Virus record (IMG/VR): IMGVR_UViG_3300027911_000003
Location: 1-60,286 of that record
Length of the DNA: 60,286 bases
DNA from: a virus
Lineage: Duplodnaviria; Caudoviricetes
Direction: 5' to 3' (one strand)
A program made the translations under genes and the position numbers. Positions 34,574-44,001 of this stretch are shown piece by piece (position 1 is the first letter of the stretch; each line of letters starts with the position of its first letter). Under the pieces are notes generated by a model. The model saw only the letters and a list, made by a program, of their open reading frames with translations, did not search any database and was not told the DNA's origin.

Positions 34574-35118
34574 GCCGCGCTCAATTCATCCTCTCAAATG
34601 ACGACGTGCGAGATCGCGTTTGTCAGATAGTGGTCGGCGCTCCTGGCGGAACCCGCGTTCTCATTCAAGACCCGAAAAGGACAATTCCGCAAAATTCTCT
34701 GCTTTGGTTGCTTCTCACGGAAATCTCTCGATCAGTCACGCATCAGGAAAGAACCTACACGCCGGAAGAATGGAAGGTGTTAGCGCTTCACGCCCTCGGG
34801 CGAGAACTGAAATTCTTGCCCGCGCTTGATGGTAGAACATTCGTGCCGTTTGGATATTCGTCCTCTGATTTGTCGAAGGATGAAATGTCGGAAATGATTG
34901 AGTTTTTATATTGCTTCGCCGCTCAGCATGGCGTCGTTTTCACAATGCCTGATAGCGCGCTGCCTTCGCAGGCACGGCGCACAGAGACCCGCACTTCGCA
35001 GGTGCGGTGGCCAGTCGGCTCATCAATGCCGATCAAGCCAGAAGGCCCGGAACCGTACACGCCGTTGTCTCCAGCGGCGCTCCCCCCGGTTCCGGGCCAA
35101 GCGGAGGATATGCCGTGA
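34570..35118 (+). CDS. ninB: NinB-like recombination protein
   Basis: KRTIPQNSLLW..L.EIS...EEWK...SSSDLSKDEMSEMIEFLYCFAAQHGV. Confidence 0.88.
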   Translation: MSRAQFILSNDDVRDRVCQIVVGAPGGTRVLIQDPKRTIPQNSLLWLLLTEISRSVTHQERTYTPEEWKVLALHALGRELKFLPALDGRTFVPFGYSSSDLSKDEMSEMIEFLYCFAAQHGVVFTMPDSALPSQARRTETRTSQVRWPVGSSMPIKPEGPEPYTPLSPAALPPVPGQAEDMP

Positions 35119-35261
35119 TGCAGTTCTTAGCACTCTTTGCCATGCTACTTTGGACAATACTCCTAGCGCGATGGATTTCTAGACTAGAAAAAGAGATTGA
35201 TCTCATTCGCCGATCAGTCGTCGATAGCCGGCCGGACTATTTATGGAAGGATCGCCCGTGA
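35118..35261 (+). CDS. 47-aa TM peptide
   Basis: MQFLALFAMLLWTILLARW...; TGATG-coupled. Confidence 0.55.
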   Translation: MQFLALFAMLLWTILLARWISRLEKEIDLIRRSVVDSRPDYLWKDRP

Positions 35262-35515
35262 AATACGAGTTCATGTTTATCACCCTCGCATTGCTCGCGC
35301 CTGCGGTCTCTCGCGCCGACTGCAACGAGGATCAGAAACTCGAAACAAGTCTCGACATTTCCGATGTTCTCGACCGTTGCGGAGAGCCCGTCACGATCAC
35401 GCGGTCGGAAAGCGATAGGGACGTAACTTTCGTCTATGGCAACGGCGATGTGATCGACTTTCGTGGCGGGTTAGTCCAGCGCCTTTATACGCGCCGAAAT
35501 GTGACCGAGAAATGA
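35258..35515 (+). CDS. Secreted small protein (BamE/DUF2845-like pattern)
   Basis: Signal peptide ending SRA|D; DVLDRCGEP...FVYG...IDFRGGLV; 2 Cys. Confidence 0.6.
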   Translation: MKYEFMFITLALLAPAVSRADCNEDQKLETSLDISDVLDRCGEPVTITRSESDRDVTFVYGNGDVIDFRGGLVQRLYTRRNVTEK

Positions 35516-36234
35516 GAGCGATAATGGTTGATCGTCCAATGCTATTCTCCGCGCCTATGGTTGTCGCGCTACTAGAGGGGCGAAAGACGCAGACGCGGCG
35601 AATTATCAAACTTCCTACCAAGGGAGAATATTTCCGCAAAGACATGGGCGGATGGGCCTCCACCACGAGCGGAGGGGGCGGTTGTTTTACGATAGCACGC
35701 GATGGTTCACACATTCCCGCCCCAGAAGAAATAGCCATCTGGAACCAGACAACTGGGACCTGCATCGTGATGCCATATCAAATCGGCGATAATCTTTGGG
35801 TCCGTGAGAGGTTCGCTTTCACCAATAAAGAGCGGACCGAAGTCGGCTATATCGCCGAGAGTACCGCGCGGGATTACGAGATCAAGGATGCGGGCTACAA
35901 ACTGCGCCCGTCTATCCATATGCCGCGCGTTCATTCGCGTCTTACGTTAACCGTTATCGAAGTTCGGGTACAGCGGCTTCAAGATATCAGCGAAGAGGAT
36001 GCTCAAGCCGAAGGAATGGGCGATCCCTATTTGGGCGACGGTGATCCGCCGTGGGAGGAACAGGCGACTTGGATTAGGCGCCGCCAACAATTCCGCAATC
36101 TTTGGAACTCGCTTCATGGTCCCAGCGCATGGCAAGAGAACCCTTGGATTGTCGCGCTGACCTTTACCGTTCGCAAAGGCAACATCGATGCCGTGAGATG
36201 CGAGCCGAAAGAGGAAAAGACACTCGATGAATAA
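35512..36234 (+). CDS. ASCH/PUA-like phage protein
   Basis: PMLFSAPMV.ALLEGRKTQTRR...PSIHMPR..SRLTL...NPWIVALTF. Confidence 0.85.
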   Translation: MRAIMVDRPMLFSAPMVVALLEGRKTQTRRIIKLPTKGEYFRKDMGGWASTTSGGGGCFTIARDGSHIPAPEEIAIWNQTTGTCIVMPYQIGDNLWVRERFAFTNKERTEVGYIAESTARDYEIKDAGYKLRPSIHMPRVHSRLTLTVIEVRVQRLQDISEEDAQAEGMGDPYLGDGDPPWEEQATWIRRRQQFRNLWNSLHGPSAWQENPWIVALTFTVRKGNIDAVRCEPKEEKTLDE

Positions 36235-36640
36235 GCGACGTGAATTCACAAAAGCCGTCAAAGTCGAGATTATCAAGCGGGCCTCGCGGATGACATTTAA
36301 CTATCCACGCCCCTACTGTGAACAATGCGAAAGTTCAGCCGACAAGTTCGAGATCGACCACATCACGCCCGATGGCCTCTCAGTCGATAAATCCGCCCCG
36401 CTGACGGCCAAGGACGGAATGCTTCTCTGCATACCCTGTCACAAGGAAAAGACAGCCAGTGACGTCGCCAGCATCGCCAAGGCCAAACGGATCGAGGCGA
36501 AGCACATCGGGGCTGACCGTCCCGCGGGCAAACTGCAATCCCGCGGCTTTCCGAAATCCGAACGCGCCTCGAAAATCGCGCGCGTGAAGATAGACAAGCA
36601 CGCCATTCCGGCGTTGCCTAGAAAGGAACTTGGAAAATGA
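36227..36640 (+). CDS. HNH endonuclease
   Basis: CEQC...EIDHI...LCIPCHKEKT. Confidence 0.88.
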   Translation: MNKRREFTKAVKVEIIKRASRMTFNYPRPYCEQCESSADKFEIDHITPDGLSVDKSAPLTAKDGMLLCIPCHKEKTASDVASIAKAKRIEAKHIGADRPAGKLQSRGFPKSERASKIARVKIDKHAIPALPRKELGK

Positions 36641-37173
36641 CCGACACAGCCGAACAGGACCATTTTGAGAAGCGCCCGAAATTGGGAAGACATCTTGCCG
36701 CAGTGGAAGCCCTTGAGACCGCCGCCGCGCGCGAGCGCCAGCGCCAGGCGGATATGGATAGGACTGACGGACGGGAAGCGGAGATCGGGATGGTAGGAAT
36801 GCCGGGAGTGAATCCTTACCTGACGCAAGAGAGCCTATATCTTCCCGACCTTCCCGCCTACCAACATCTGCAAAATTCCGCTCTTCGACAAGATGCGGCT
36901 ACCGACACGAAAACCGACGCCATCATGGCCGAGCGCTATGCGGTTCGCCGGACGCAACTCGCGGTCAATATGTGTCTTCACGTCGAAGGCCAGCGCGGGC
37001 GGTCCATGCTGACCGACAAGGGCGCCCAGATCGCGCGGATCATCAACGGGCTTCTCGATGAGATTTACGCGGAGGACAATCCGCCGGTCCTGCGCGAGTT
37101 GGACAAGGACGCCTTTGGCGGGTCGGCGAAGGTCGATCTGGATGCGATCGGAAGCCTCCTGAAGAAGCCGTAA
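36637..37173 (+). CDS. Hypothetical protein
   Basis: 178 aa, ATGA-coupled. Confidence 0.7.
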   Translation: MTDTAEQDHFEKRPKLGRHLAAVEALETAAARERQRQADMDRTDGREAEIGMVGMPGVNPYLTQESLYLPDLPAYQHLQNSALRQDAATDTKTDAIMAERYAVRRTQLAVNMCLHVEGQRGRSMLTDKGAQIARIINGLLDEIYAEDNPPVLRELDKDAFGGSAKVDLDAIGSLLKKP

Positions 37174-37176
37174 CGC

Positions 37177-37206
37177 AAAACGCCCGGCCGCGCGAGGCGG
37201 CCGGGC
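37177..37206 (-). terminator. GC-rich hairpin with U-tract on the minus strand
   Basis: 10-bp stem GCCCGGCCGC/GCGGCCGGGC preceded by AAAA on plus. Confidence 0.5.
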
Positions 37207-37225
37207 TACATTGACGGAGTTAGCC

Positions 37226-37459
37226 ATGACGAGAGAAGAATTGCGTGGGGAGATCATAGCGCGGCTTGATGGTAGAAACCCTCCGGCTTTGTACTCGGAA
37301 AGAACCGCCGACGCTATTCTTGCTATTGTTGGAGCCGAGGCGGTGAAGGTGGCGATGACCTTCCCAACGCTTGAGTTTCGCGGAGGGCTTGAGCCAACCA
37401 TTCATGGCGAGAAGATCGCCGCTGCCCTTCGTGAGTTGTTCGAAGTGGAGAAGCCATGA
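37226..37459 (+). CDS. Hypothetical protein, paralog of 27329-27562
   Basis: GGAG RBS; GAEAVK and ALRELFEVEKP. Confidence 0.7.
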   Translation: MTREELRGEIIARLDGRNPPALYSERTADAILAIVGAEAVKVAMTFPTLEFRGGLEPTIHGEKIAAALRELFEVEKP

Positions 37460-37875
37460 ACGGTCCGCGCGACCCAGAACGGGTCCTAGCGATCATCAAG
37501 GCCCGAGAGGTCGATCATTTGACCTTTGGCCAAATTGCAAGGCTGGGCGGCCATCTTGGCAGCGCGCCGAACATTTTCAAGCTCTATGAGCGATGGCATG
37601 GGATAGATTGGACATCCCCGCCGTCTTTTCCGCTCGCGTCGAAGGTCACGGTGAGAAAGCGAATTTTCGCGGCGTTGCGTGAGGGGAACCCGATGACAGA
37701 GCCGCAAATCCGCAAGGCGATCGGCGCGAATGGAACCTTGTCAGCGACGATTTCCATCATGATCTACCGCGGGGAGATCGTCAGCCTTGGACCTGACCTC
37801 GAGCGTCATACGCGCGCGGGTCGTAAACCGCATCGCTATATTCTCAAAAGCAAACTGAAAGGGCCGCTCGCATGA
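37456..37875 (+). CDS. Putative HTH DNA-binding protein
   Basis: LTFGQIARL and MTEPQIRKAIG HTH-like segments. Confidence 0.6.
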   Translation: MNGPRDPERVLAIIKAREVDHLTFGQIARLGGHLGSAPNIFKLYERWHGIDWTSPPSFPLASKVTVRKRIFAALREGNPMTEPQIRKAIGANGTLSATISIMIYRGEIVSLGPDLERHTRAGRKPHRYILKSKLKGPLA

Positions 37876-38009
37876 ATAGGCGACAAATCTATGTGCTCGT
37901 GGCCGCAGCTACTGTCTTCGCTGCGATTATAGATGCTGCATACACATCTCTGCACGCGCCGACCGTTCAACGCGATGTAGACTTCACGGAAATCTTCTCG
38001 TCTCGCTAG
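37872..38009 (+). CDS. 45-aa TM peptide
   Basis: MNRRQIYVLVAAATVFAAII...; ATGA-coupled; last plus-strand gene of the early arm. Confidence 0.5.
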   Translation: MNRRQIYVLVAAATVFAAIIDAAYTSLHAPTVQRDVDFTEIFSSR

Positions 38010-38104
38010 CCCTTCCCCGCCAGCATCAAAACGAGCAGCGCCACGCCGATCACAACCGTCAGCGAATCCCAAAAGAGATCGAAGACCCTATATGCGGCGC
38101 ACAT
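38006..38104 (-). CDS. 32-aa TM micropeptide
   Basis: MCAAYRVFDLFWDSLTVVIGVALLVLMLAGKG; convergent stop overlap (CTAG). Confidence 0.35.
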   Translation of the reverse strand: MCAAYRVFDLFWDSLTVVIGVALLVLMLAGKG

Positions 38105-38165
38105 AGGCCATATTTTATTCAACTTCAGGGGGTTACGGCACTCTGCTTTTGGAGAGTGCGCGCTA

Positions 38166-38309
38166 CTATTGGTTGCACCCGCACAGCCAAGAGAAAAACG
38201 CCGGGTTGGAATGCCGAATTGCCCAGACCGCCAATCCGACGACCGTCAGGACCTTCGCCGCTGTCCAAACATAGCTTCCTAGGACCGCCAGCGGGGAGAT
38301 CACGTTCAT
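38166..38309 (-). CDS. 47-aa TM peptide
   Basis: ATGA-coupled; hydrophobic. Confidence 0.5.
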   Translation of the reverse strand: MNVISPLAVLGSYVWTAAKVLTVVGLAVWAIRHSNPAFFSWLCGCNQ

Positions 38310-38572
38310 TTCGCCAAGCTTTGCAATTGATCGTGTATCCATTGAAATATCGAATTTTTCAGCGCCCACAAAGCCACGGCAATGGCGCTTATCCAGACCA
38401 CCCCGAGATAAAGGCTGTGAACCATCGCCCCTAGGGCTTTGCGCGCTCGGGACCATTGCGCGATTTCCTTTAATTCTCGGATTTCATCAGGAGTAAATCT
38501 CGGGTTGTTGTCTCTGTCTGTGACGCGCGTCACATCGTGATGATGGAAAAACTCCTGCTCATCGTCGCCCAC
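38306..38572 (-). CDS. Single-TM membrane protein (holin-like)
   Basis: Charged N-terminus then a TM segment. Confidence 0.6.
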   Translation of the reverse strand: MGDDEQEFFHHHDVTRVTDRDNNPRFTPDEIRELKEIAQWSRARKALGAMVHSLYLGVVWISAIAVALWALKNSIFQWIHDQLQSLAK

Positions 38573-38576
38573 AGCA

Positions 38577-38708
38577 TTAGGTCAGTGTCGGAAAGATTAT
38601 GCTTCCCATCCCGACGAGGTGCGCACACTCAAGCGGCTTCCACAACACAAGTAGGATCACGATCGCGATTCCGAGTTGAAAAAGTGTCGCAATTCCAAAT
38701 CCACACAT
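38577..38708 (-). CDS. 43-aa TM peptide
   Basis: GGAGG RBS; MCGFGIATLFQLGIAIVILLVLWKP... Confidence 0.55.
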   Translation of the reverse strand: MCGFGIATLFQLGIAIVILLVLWKPLECAHLVGMGSIIFPTLT

Positions 38709-38717
38709 GGCATCCTC

Positions 38718-40847
38718 CTATGGTTGAACAAACGGCGTCCCATTGTCGACCCGAGCCTTGGCGGGCAAGCCGGAGCATGGCCCGCTGACATTAGCCGTGC
38801 AGTTGGTTGTCGTAGGCCCCGACTGGACTTTGGTCGAGCCCTGCGCGTTTACCCAGGGCCAGGTATATCCGCTTCCCGAAGCAAAGAACGCAGGCGCCAC
38901 GCTCGTATAAAAAGAGTTTGGCACTGCTGGATTACTCGGATCGTTGAGCGAATTCGTAACGTAGTCATAGTTGGAGAGGCGAAGCAGCGGACATTGATCG
39001 CTTCCGTCGGTACAAGCCCCCGCTGTGCCCTGCTGGCTCCATACCTCTGGATCTGAACCTGGATCTCCGCCGTCCGACCCTCCCGTTACCCAGATCGCGT
39101 TCGATCCGCCCTGAACATGGAAAGACCATCCTGTCATTGCGCCGGACGTTCCAATCACATTTCCAATGAAGGAGTACCAATATTCGGCAAGAGCGACCGC
39201 CATACCAGTCGCGCCATTATCGAAGGAGCCGCCCCCCCCAGCGCCAGGGATGCTTGCAGCATCATTGATCGTGATATTGTTGTGGTAGTCGTGAAAAGGC
39301 GTGCGGAAGCCAGTCACGTCGTTCCGAAAAAATGTCTGGAATGGCGTGCCGCCCCACACGGGATCGGAGCTGGCTTGAAACGACCAGTTGCCCTCGAACA
39401 ACGTGTGATGAGTCCCCCACCAGTGACTGGCGTTCATCCCGACTTCCGATTCGCCTACGGTGCTATCACCCAAAAGAGAATCGTCAAAATAATTATAGGC
39501 GATGACCGAACCTCCTCCGGCCCCGCGCATCACCATAACTTTGTCGGCGAGAGTGGAAATACTATTCTCTATGAGGTTTTCGGATGACCCCCTATCAATT
39601 GACCAATTGTATGAATGTCCGCCAGAAGTGGGATTAGCTGAAATATGACTGTAGATTCCTTCTATTTGACAGCGGAAGCACGCTTCAAGCGCTATATCCC
39701 CTTGATTATAATATCCAAAGTATATCGTTGACTCCACGTTCTTAGCCCAACAATAGGCGCACGCTGCCATCATTATGGATGAGGCGTCCGCATTTTGCAA
39801 AGTCATGTTTTCGAGCCCAGCCATAGATACAATTGGCGCGGAACTACTCGCGCCGCCATATACATTTTGTATTTGGGCCGTCATAGCGGTGCGATAAGAG
39901 ATCATAATCGGCGAGTCGAAGGTAATCGTGCCGCTGCCTATCGATGCAATTTGTTTCATTTCGCTCGTAACATTCAGGCAATTGTTAGGAGATCCGCTAT
40001 AGCTAACAATGCAAGGGTTAGTTACCGGTGTGGATCCTCCGTTGCAATTCCTCGATCCAGATTGACAGGTCGGGTTCTGCGCCCGCCAGTTGTCCCGGTA
40101 ATCTGGAGTGCTCCATTGAGTTTCACCAACCCAAGTCCAGGACGTTTGCCAACCCAAGTTGGAAGCAACTTCGCTGAGCAAGACTTGCGTTCCCACCGTG
40201 AAGCCGGTGGTGCTGGCAACGCTGATCGTGCTCGCCCCAGCCGCAGCGTCAGATGTTAGATTGGTTGGCGCGCTAAGACTTACATTCCCATATCCGTCCG
40301 TCCCGCCGATCAAAAAATGCGCGCTTACACTTAGCCCCTGCGACGAACCAATTACCGCCCCGCCCGATCGGCGGATCAGCGTGCATGTCGTCATCGACGG
40401 CGTAGAGGGATAGCCAGTCCCGCCGCTCGCCGGAACAATGGGGCTAACTCCTGCCGCCCCTGCGCATGCGCCCGATCCGCGTACAGTGATCGACCTGTTG
40501 ATAGCGACCGAGCTTCCCTCAGCGATGGTGAAGGTGCCGACCGATAGCAAGACGTAATCATTCACCGCACAGGCGTTGATCGCGGCCTGGATGGCGCTGC
40601 TGTCGTCACTCCCGCTTCCAATAGGCGTGAGCGTCGCTCCGCACTGTGTGGTGCGGTTCGGAATCCCGCCTATGGATTGAAGCCCGGCTTTCGTCCAGTT
40701 GACCCAAGCGCTACGATCCGCAGGAAGCAGTCCAGCGGTCGGATCACTAACGACACTGCCCGCAGTCATAAATATGGCAAACGCCGCTATGGCCGGAGCG
40801 GCGGAAACAATCGCCCCCAACACACCAATTGCAACGGGCCATCGCAT
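38718..40847 (-). CDS. Secreted right-handed beta-helix (pectate-lyase-like) tailspike/depolymerase
   Basis: Signal peptide; DDSSAIQAAINAC..YVLLSVGTF start motif; ENLIENS..., HHTLFEGN coils; 16 Cys. Confidence 0.8.
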   Translation of the reverse strand: MRWPVAIGVLGAIVSAAPAIAAFAIFMTAGSVVSDPTAGLLPADRSAWVNWTKAGLQSIGGIPNRTTQCGATLTPIGSGSDDSSAIQAAINACAVNDYVLLSVGTFTIAEGSSVAINRSITVRGSGACAGAAGVSPIVPASGGTGYPSTPSMTTCTLIRRSGGAVIGSSQGLSVSAHFLIGGTDGYGNVSLSAPTNLTSDAAAGASTISVASTTGFTVGTQVLLSEVASNLGWQTSWTWVGETQWSTPDYRDNWRAQNPTCQSGSRNCNGGSTPVTNPCIVSYSGSPNNCLNVTSEMKQIASIGSGTITFDSPIMISYRTAMTAQIQNVYGGASSSAPIVSMAGLENMTLQNADASSIMMAACAYCWAKNVESTIYFGYYNQGDIALEACFRCQIEGIYSHISANPTSGGHSYNWSIDRGSSENLIENSISTLADKVMVMRGAGGGSVIAYNYFDDSLLGDSTVGESEVGMNASHWWGTHHTLFEGNWSFQASSDPVWGGTPFQTFFRNDVTGFRTPFHDYHNNITINDAASIPGAGGGGSFDNGATGMAVALAEYWYSFIGNVIGTSGAMTGWSFHVQGGSNAIWVTGGSDGGDPGSDPEVWSQQGTAGACTDGSDQCPLLRLSNYDYVTNSLNDPSNPAVPNSFYTSVAPAFFASGSGYTWPWVNAQGSTKVQSGPTTTNCTANVSGPCSGLPAKARVDNGTPFVQP

Positions 40848-40848
40848 C

Positions 40849-41589
40849 CTATTGCCCGACGCCCATCAGGGTACGTAGGGGTACCGCTGCGACGCTTCCT
40901 GACGCCTTAACCGCGTCAACAACCGTCTCATGGCAAACAGGCGTGTTCGACCAGCCAACGGGAAGAGCTGTCTGCGTCGCCGAAACCACCTTATAGGCGT
41001 TTCCGAGATAATCCCCAGGAGCCCCCGTCAAGTCCGTGAACCCAGCAACGGGCGTCGCATTCGACGTATTCCCTGCGTTGCAAAAGCCAAAAATCATGTC
41101 ATTCGCATTTGTCGTGGTGATGTTCACACTATCTGCTAGGGCCGACGGCGGCGTGGTAATATTCCCATCGAAGTTAACACTGGTCCCCGACGAGCTACAG
41201 CCTGAAATCGCCACCGCCTGAATGGCCGTAAAGGCCGTTCCTGTTTGCGTGGCAGTAATCACATCGCTAGACAAGGTTCCTGATACTGCCGTGCTCCACT
41301 CCGACGTGTTATATCCTGTCGATCCAGGATCATACGGCGATCCAGACCTCGCGGTCCAGGTGCTTCCAGCAGTATCTGCAAGAGTGTGCGTAGCTCCAGT
41401 TCCGCCCCCGCTAGTCACGATAACGATGATGCAGTCCCCTGCATTGGTCGTGCTTAGGGTCACAGCGGTAGTTGTCGAACTCCCTGTCGCATTAATCGGA
41501 TGAGAACTCGCATTCGGATCAATCGCTATTACGGCCGAGGCCGGAAACAGCCACAGGAACCCAAGAAGGAAGGCGGCAAGAAATCTCAT
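40849..41589 (-). CDS. Secreted beta-sandwich appendage protein
   Basis: Signal peptide; TTNAGDCIIV / TTNANDMIFG internal repeat; ends RTLMGVGQ; 4 Cys. Confidence 0.78.
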   Translation of the reverse strand: MRFLAAFLLGFLWLFPASAVIAIDPNASSHPINATGSSTTTAVTLSTTNAGDCIIVIVTSGGGTGATHTLADTAGSTWTARSGSPYDPGSTGYNTSEWSTAVSGTLSSDVITATQTGTAFTAIQAVAISGCSSSGTSVNFDGNITTPPSALADSVNITTTNANDMIFGFCNAGNTSNATPVAGFTDLTGAPGDYLGNAYKVVSATQTALPVGWSNTPVCHETVVDAVKASGSVAAVPLRTLMGVGQ

Positions 41590-43628
41590 TGCTGCACGTA
41601 AGCTACCTGCCCCGAGGTCTGTCCCGTTCCACTAAGCAGCAGACACACGTTCGCCGCAGTCGCGTTCGTATCAGCGGATGGGGAAATCACTGTTCCGACC
41701 CCAGAGCCTTCATTATGGCCGCCATTTGCCGCCAAGTTCCATCCTGTGGCCGCAGTCGTTCCGCCTGCCAGGCCAAAAATATTCGTTGCGCACGTTGTTC
41801 CCGTCCCCTCGACAAGAGCGATATTTTGCGCAGTCGCTGAAACGAGATTGAGAGCGCAAATGTAGGTTTTCTTGCTCGCGGTCCCCGTAATGACTTGACC
41901 ACTCGCGGTCAGATTGATGACACCGCCAGATTTTGCCGACCCAAGGCACGGATCGCCAGCGGGGCTAAGCGCCACCACGAGCGCAGGGTCCGCCGCAACC
42001 GCAGCCGTGCTCGCAGCTTTTGTCGCGGCGGCGGCATGGATTCCGTCCGTGATCTCGGTGAACCCCGGATTCGTGACAGAAAGCGCCGTGCCATTCACCT
42101 GCGTCTGGTTCACCGCTAAGGGCGTCATTGAGGCGACGCCTTGGACGGTCAAGATATTCCCCGATGCCGCTCCCGCAGTTCCGAGGCCCTGCATCGTCAC
42201 CTGCCCGCTTGCCCCATTCCCGACGACCTTGACGTTCCCGCTTCCGTCCCCCGCCATCTGGATCCAGTTCGATCCGTTTGATACATAGTTGAACCCCACA
42301 GCGGGAGTATTAGCGAGAGAGGCCGAGTTCGCGATCGTCGCGTTGTTCGCGACAAGCGTGGGCGTATTCGGCAGTTGCGGAAGCGCCGCCGCCACCCCGC
42401 TCCAATCAGACGCTTGAACAGCGATCGTCGCGGTCCCCGACGTGAACGCCGTCGCGCGAACCCGAAAATGGGTCGCCCGCGCGACATTGGCATAGCCGGC
42501 AAAGTTGCCCGTCACGCCAGCTCCTGAGAACGTAGAATGACCGCCGATTATCCCATCCTGAAAGATCGGCACGGCGAAATAGGTCGTGCCGCCATCCATC
42601 GAAACTTCGGTTTGGAGTGTCAGACTGTGCGTGCCTGTGACTTGGACGCCGATGCTTTGCGTGCCGGGCGTCAGCGCATAAGTCGCAAAGCTGGCGGCGG
42701 TCGGCGTCCCCGTAACCGCGGACTGAGAGTTCGACCATGAGGCCGATGTCGTCGCAGCGTCAGCGGCGGTAATGCTCGAACTGCCCGCTGTCGCGGTCAA
42801 TGTCTGGTCAGCCGGAAGGGTAACAGGAGACGAATTCGCTGGAGCTGCGGCGCCGTTCGCATTTGTGTTCGTCACAAAGGCGTTGAAGCCGGGAACCAAG
42901 ACCGCTCCCGGCGAAGTCCCGTAATTCGCCATCGCGCCCAACGTGCCGCCGCCCCAGCCCGTAATGGAGGTTGAAGACGAGCACCCCGTGATGCAGTTAA
43001 CACGCAGGTTGCCAGCCACATCGAGCGAAAGCGGGTCAGTCTGCGCATTCGTATAGCTGGGCGGGCTTGTCGTTACGGCGCCCATCGAGAGCCCACCGCT
43101 TTGCCCAGAAGTCGTTGACCCGAGAGTGGCCGCCGTCGGTTGATTGGTGGAAGTGGCCGCGCCACTAGGCAGCGGGAGCGACGCGGCGCTCACCGGCTGC
43201 GTCGTCTGCCAAAAGGTCCCCGAAACGGGAAACGTCGCCCCTGTGCCCGGCGATACGAACCATGGCGTTCCCGCGGTGTTGGCGGTAAGGCCGACCGTCC
43301 AAGTTCCCGACTGCGCCACAGGAGGAGGCGATGAAAACGCCGGCAATGTCCCCGTAATCCCAACCGATCCAGCGACAATGTCCGCATTAACCCCGATGCC
43401 GTTTGTCGGCGCCACACCCCATGCCGTCACGTTCGCATGAGTGAGCGGCGTAGTTCCATCGCCGATGACGACGGTTCCCGTGCAATTGCCCGAGGCGTCA
43501 ACCACGACCGCTAAATTCTGCGTCACGCCCCCCGCATCCTTGCCCGTGAGAGGGCTTGGGCAGGCCGCAAAGGCTGCGGTAGGGATCATCAGCAACAGGG
43601 CCGAGAGAAGCCACGATTTGATTATCAT
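41586..43628 (-). CDS. Secreted fibre-like protein (paralog of 54458-55327)
   Basis: MIIKSWLLSALLLMIPTAAFA|AC; FWQTTQPVSAASLPLPSGAATS fibre motif; 8 Cys. Confidence 0.82.
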   Translation of the reverse strand: MIIKSWLLSALLLMIPTAAFAACPSPLTGKDAGGVTQNLAVVVDASGNCTGTVVIGDGTTPLTHANVTAWGVAPTNGIGVNADIVAGSVGITGTLPAFSSPPPVAQSGTWTVGLTANTAGTPWFVSPGTGATFPVSGTFWQTTQPVSAASLPLPSGAATSTNQPTAATLGSTTSGQSGGLSMGAVTTSPPSYTNAQTDPLSLDVAGNLRVNCITGCSSSTSITGWGGGTLGAMANYGTSPGAVLVPGFNAFVTNTNANGAAAPANSSPVTLPADQTLTATAGSSSITAADAATTSASWSNSQSAVTGTPTAASFATYALTPGTQSIGVQVTGTHSLTLQTEVSMDGGTTYFAVPIFQDGIIGGHSTFSGAGVTGNFAGYANVARATHFRVRATAFTSGTATIAVQASDWSGVAAALPQLPNTPTLVANNATIANSASLANTPAVGFNYVSNGSNWIQMAGDGSGNVKVVGNGASGQVTMQGLGTAGAASGNILTVQGVASMTPLAVNQTQVNGTALSVTNPGFTEITDGIHAAAATKAASTAAVAADPALVVALSPAGDPCLGSAKSGGVINLTASGQVITGTASKKTYICALNLVSATAQNIALVEGTGTTCATNIFGLAGGTTAATGWNLAANGGHNEGSGVGTVISPSADTNATAANVCLLLSGTGQTSGQVAYVQQ

Positions 43629-43813
43629 CTTACCACCGTGAAGTTGGTCATTATATCGCAGCCGACGTCTGAATAATCCGTGCTTATGTTGATCGCGCAT
43701 GGCGTCCCCGCATTCCCGTGCGTCCAAGCATAACTAACTCTCGCAACGAACAGTAGCATCAAAAGGGTGAGAACCGCAGCTATTGGCCGAAAACGCATTT
43801 TTGCATCGGTCAC
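43625..43813 (-). CDS. Secreted Cys-pair micro-protein, mature N-terminus WTHG
   Basis: Signal peptide ending SYA|WTHG; CAINISTDYSDVGC. Confidence 0.65.
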   Translation of the reverse strand: MTDAKMRFRPIAAVLTLLMLLFVARVSYAWTHGNAGTPCAINISTDYSDVGCDIMTNFTVVR

Positions 43814-44001
43814 TTTACGAGCGAGACCGTTCCCTTGTTTGAGTGCGAGGAATTGTATGTCTTCGCCTTCGTGTTACTCTTGGACGAGTTATAGTTGATG
43901 GACGCGCGATTGTTGTTCGTGTTCGAATGCGATTTGACCTTCGCGGCGGCAAGGGCGTTCGACGCCAAAAGCATCGCGGAAAGAAAGATCAGCGCTCTCA
44001 T
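43810..44001 (-). CDS. Secreted S/N/K-rich peptide with three S(H/K)SN motifs
   Basis: AGGAG RBS; signal peptide ending ALA|A. Confidence 0.65.
   Translation of the reverse strand: MRALIFLSAMLLASNALAAAKVKSHSNTNNNRASINYNSSKSNTKAKTYNSSHSNKGTVSLVK

Noticed and set aside
36227-36640. HNH as an intron or mobile homing element
   Set aside because: Free-standing, coupled gene in a nin-like region with no interrupted host gene
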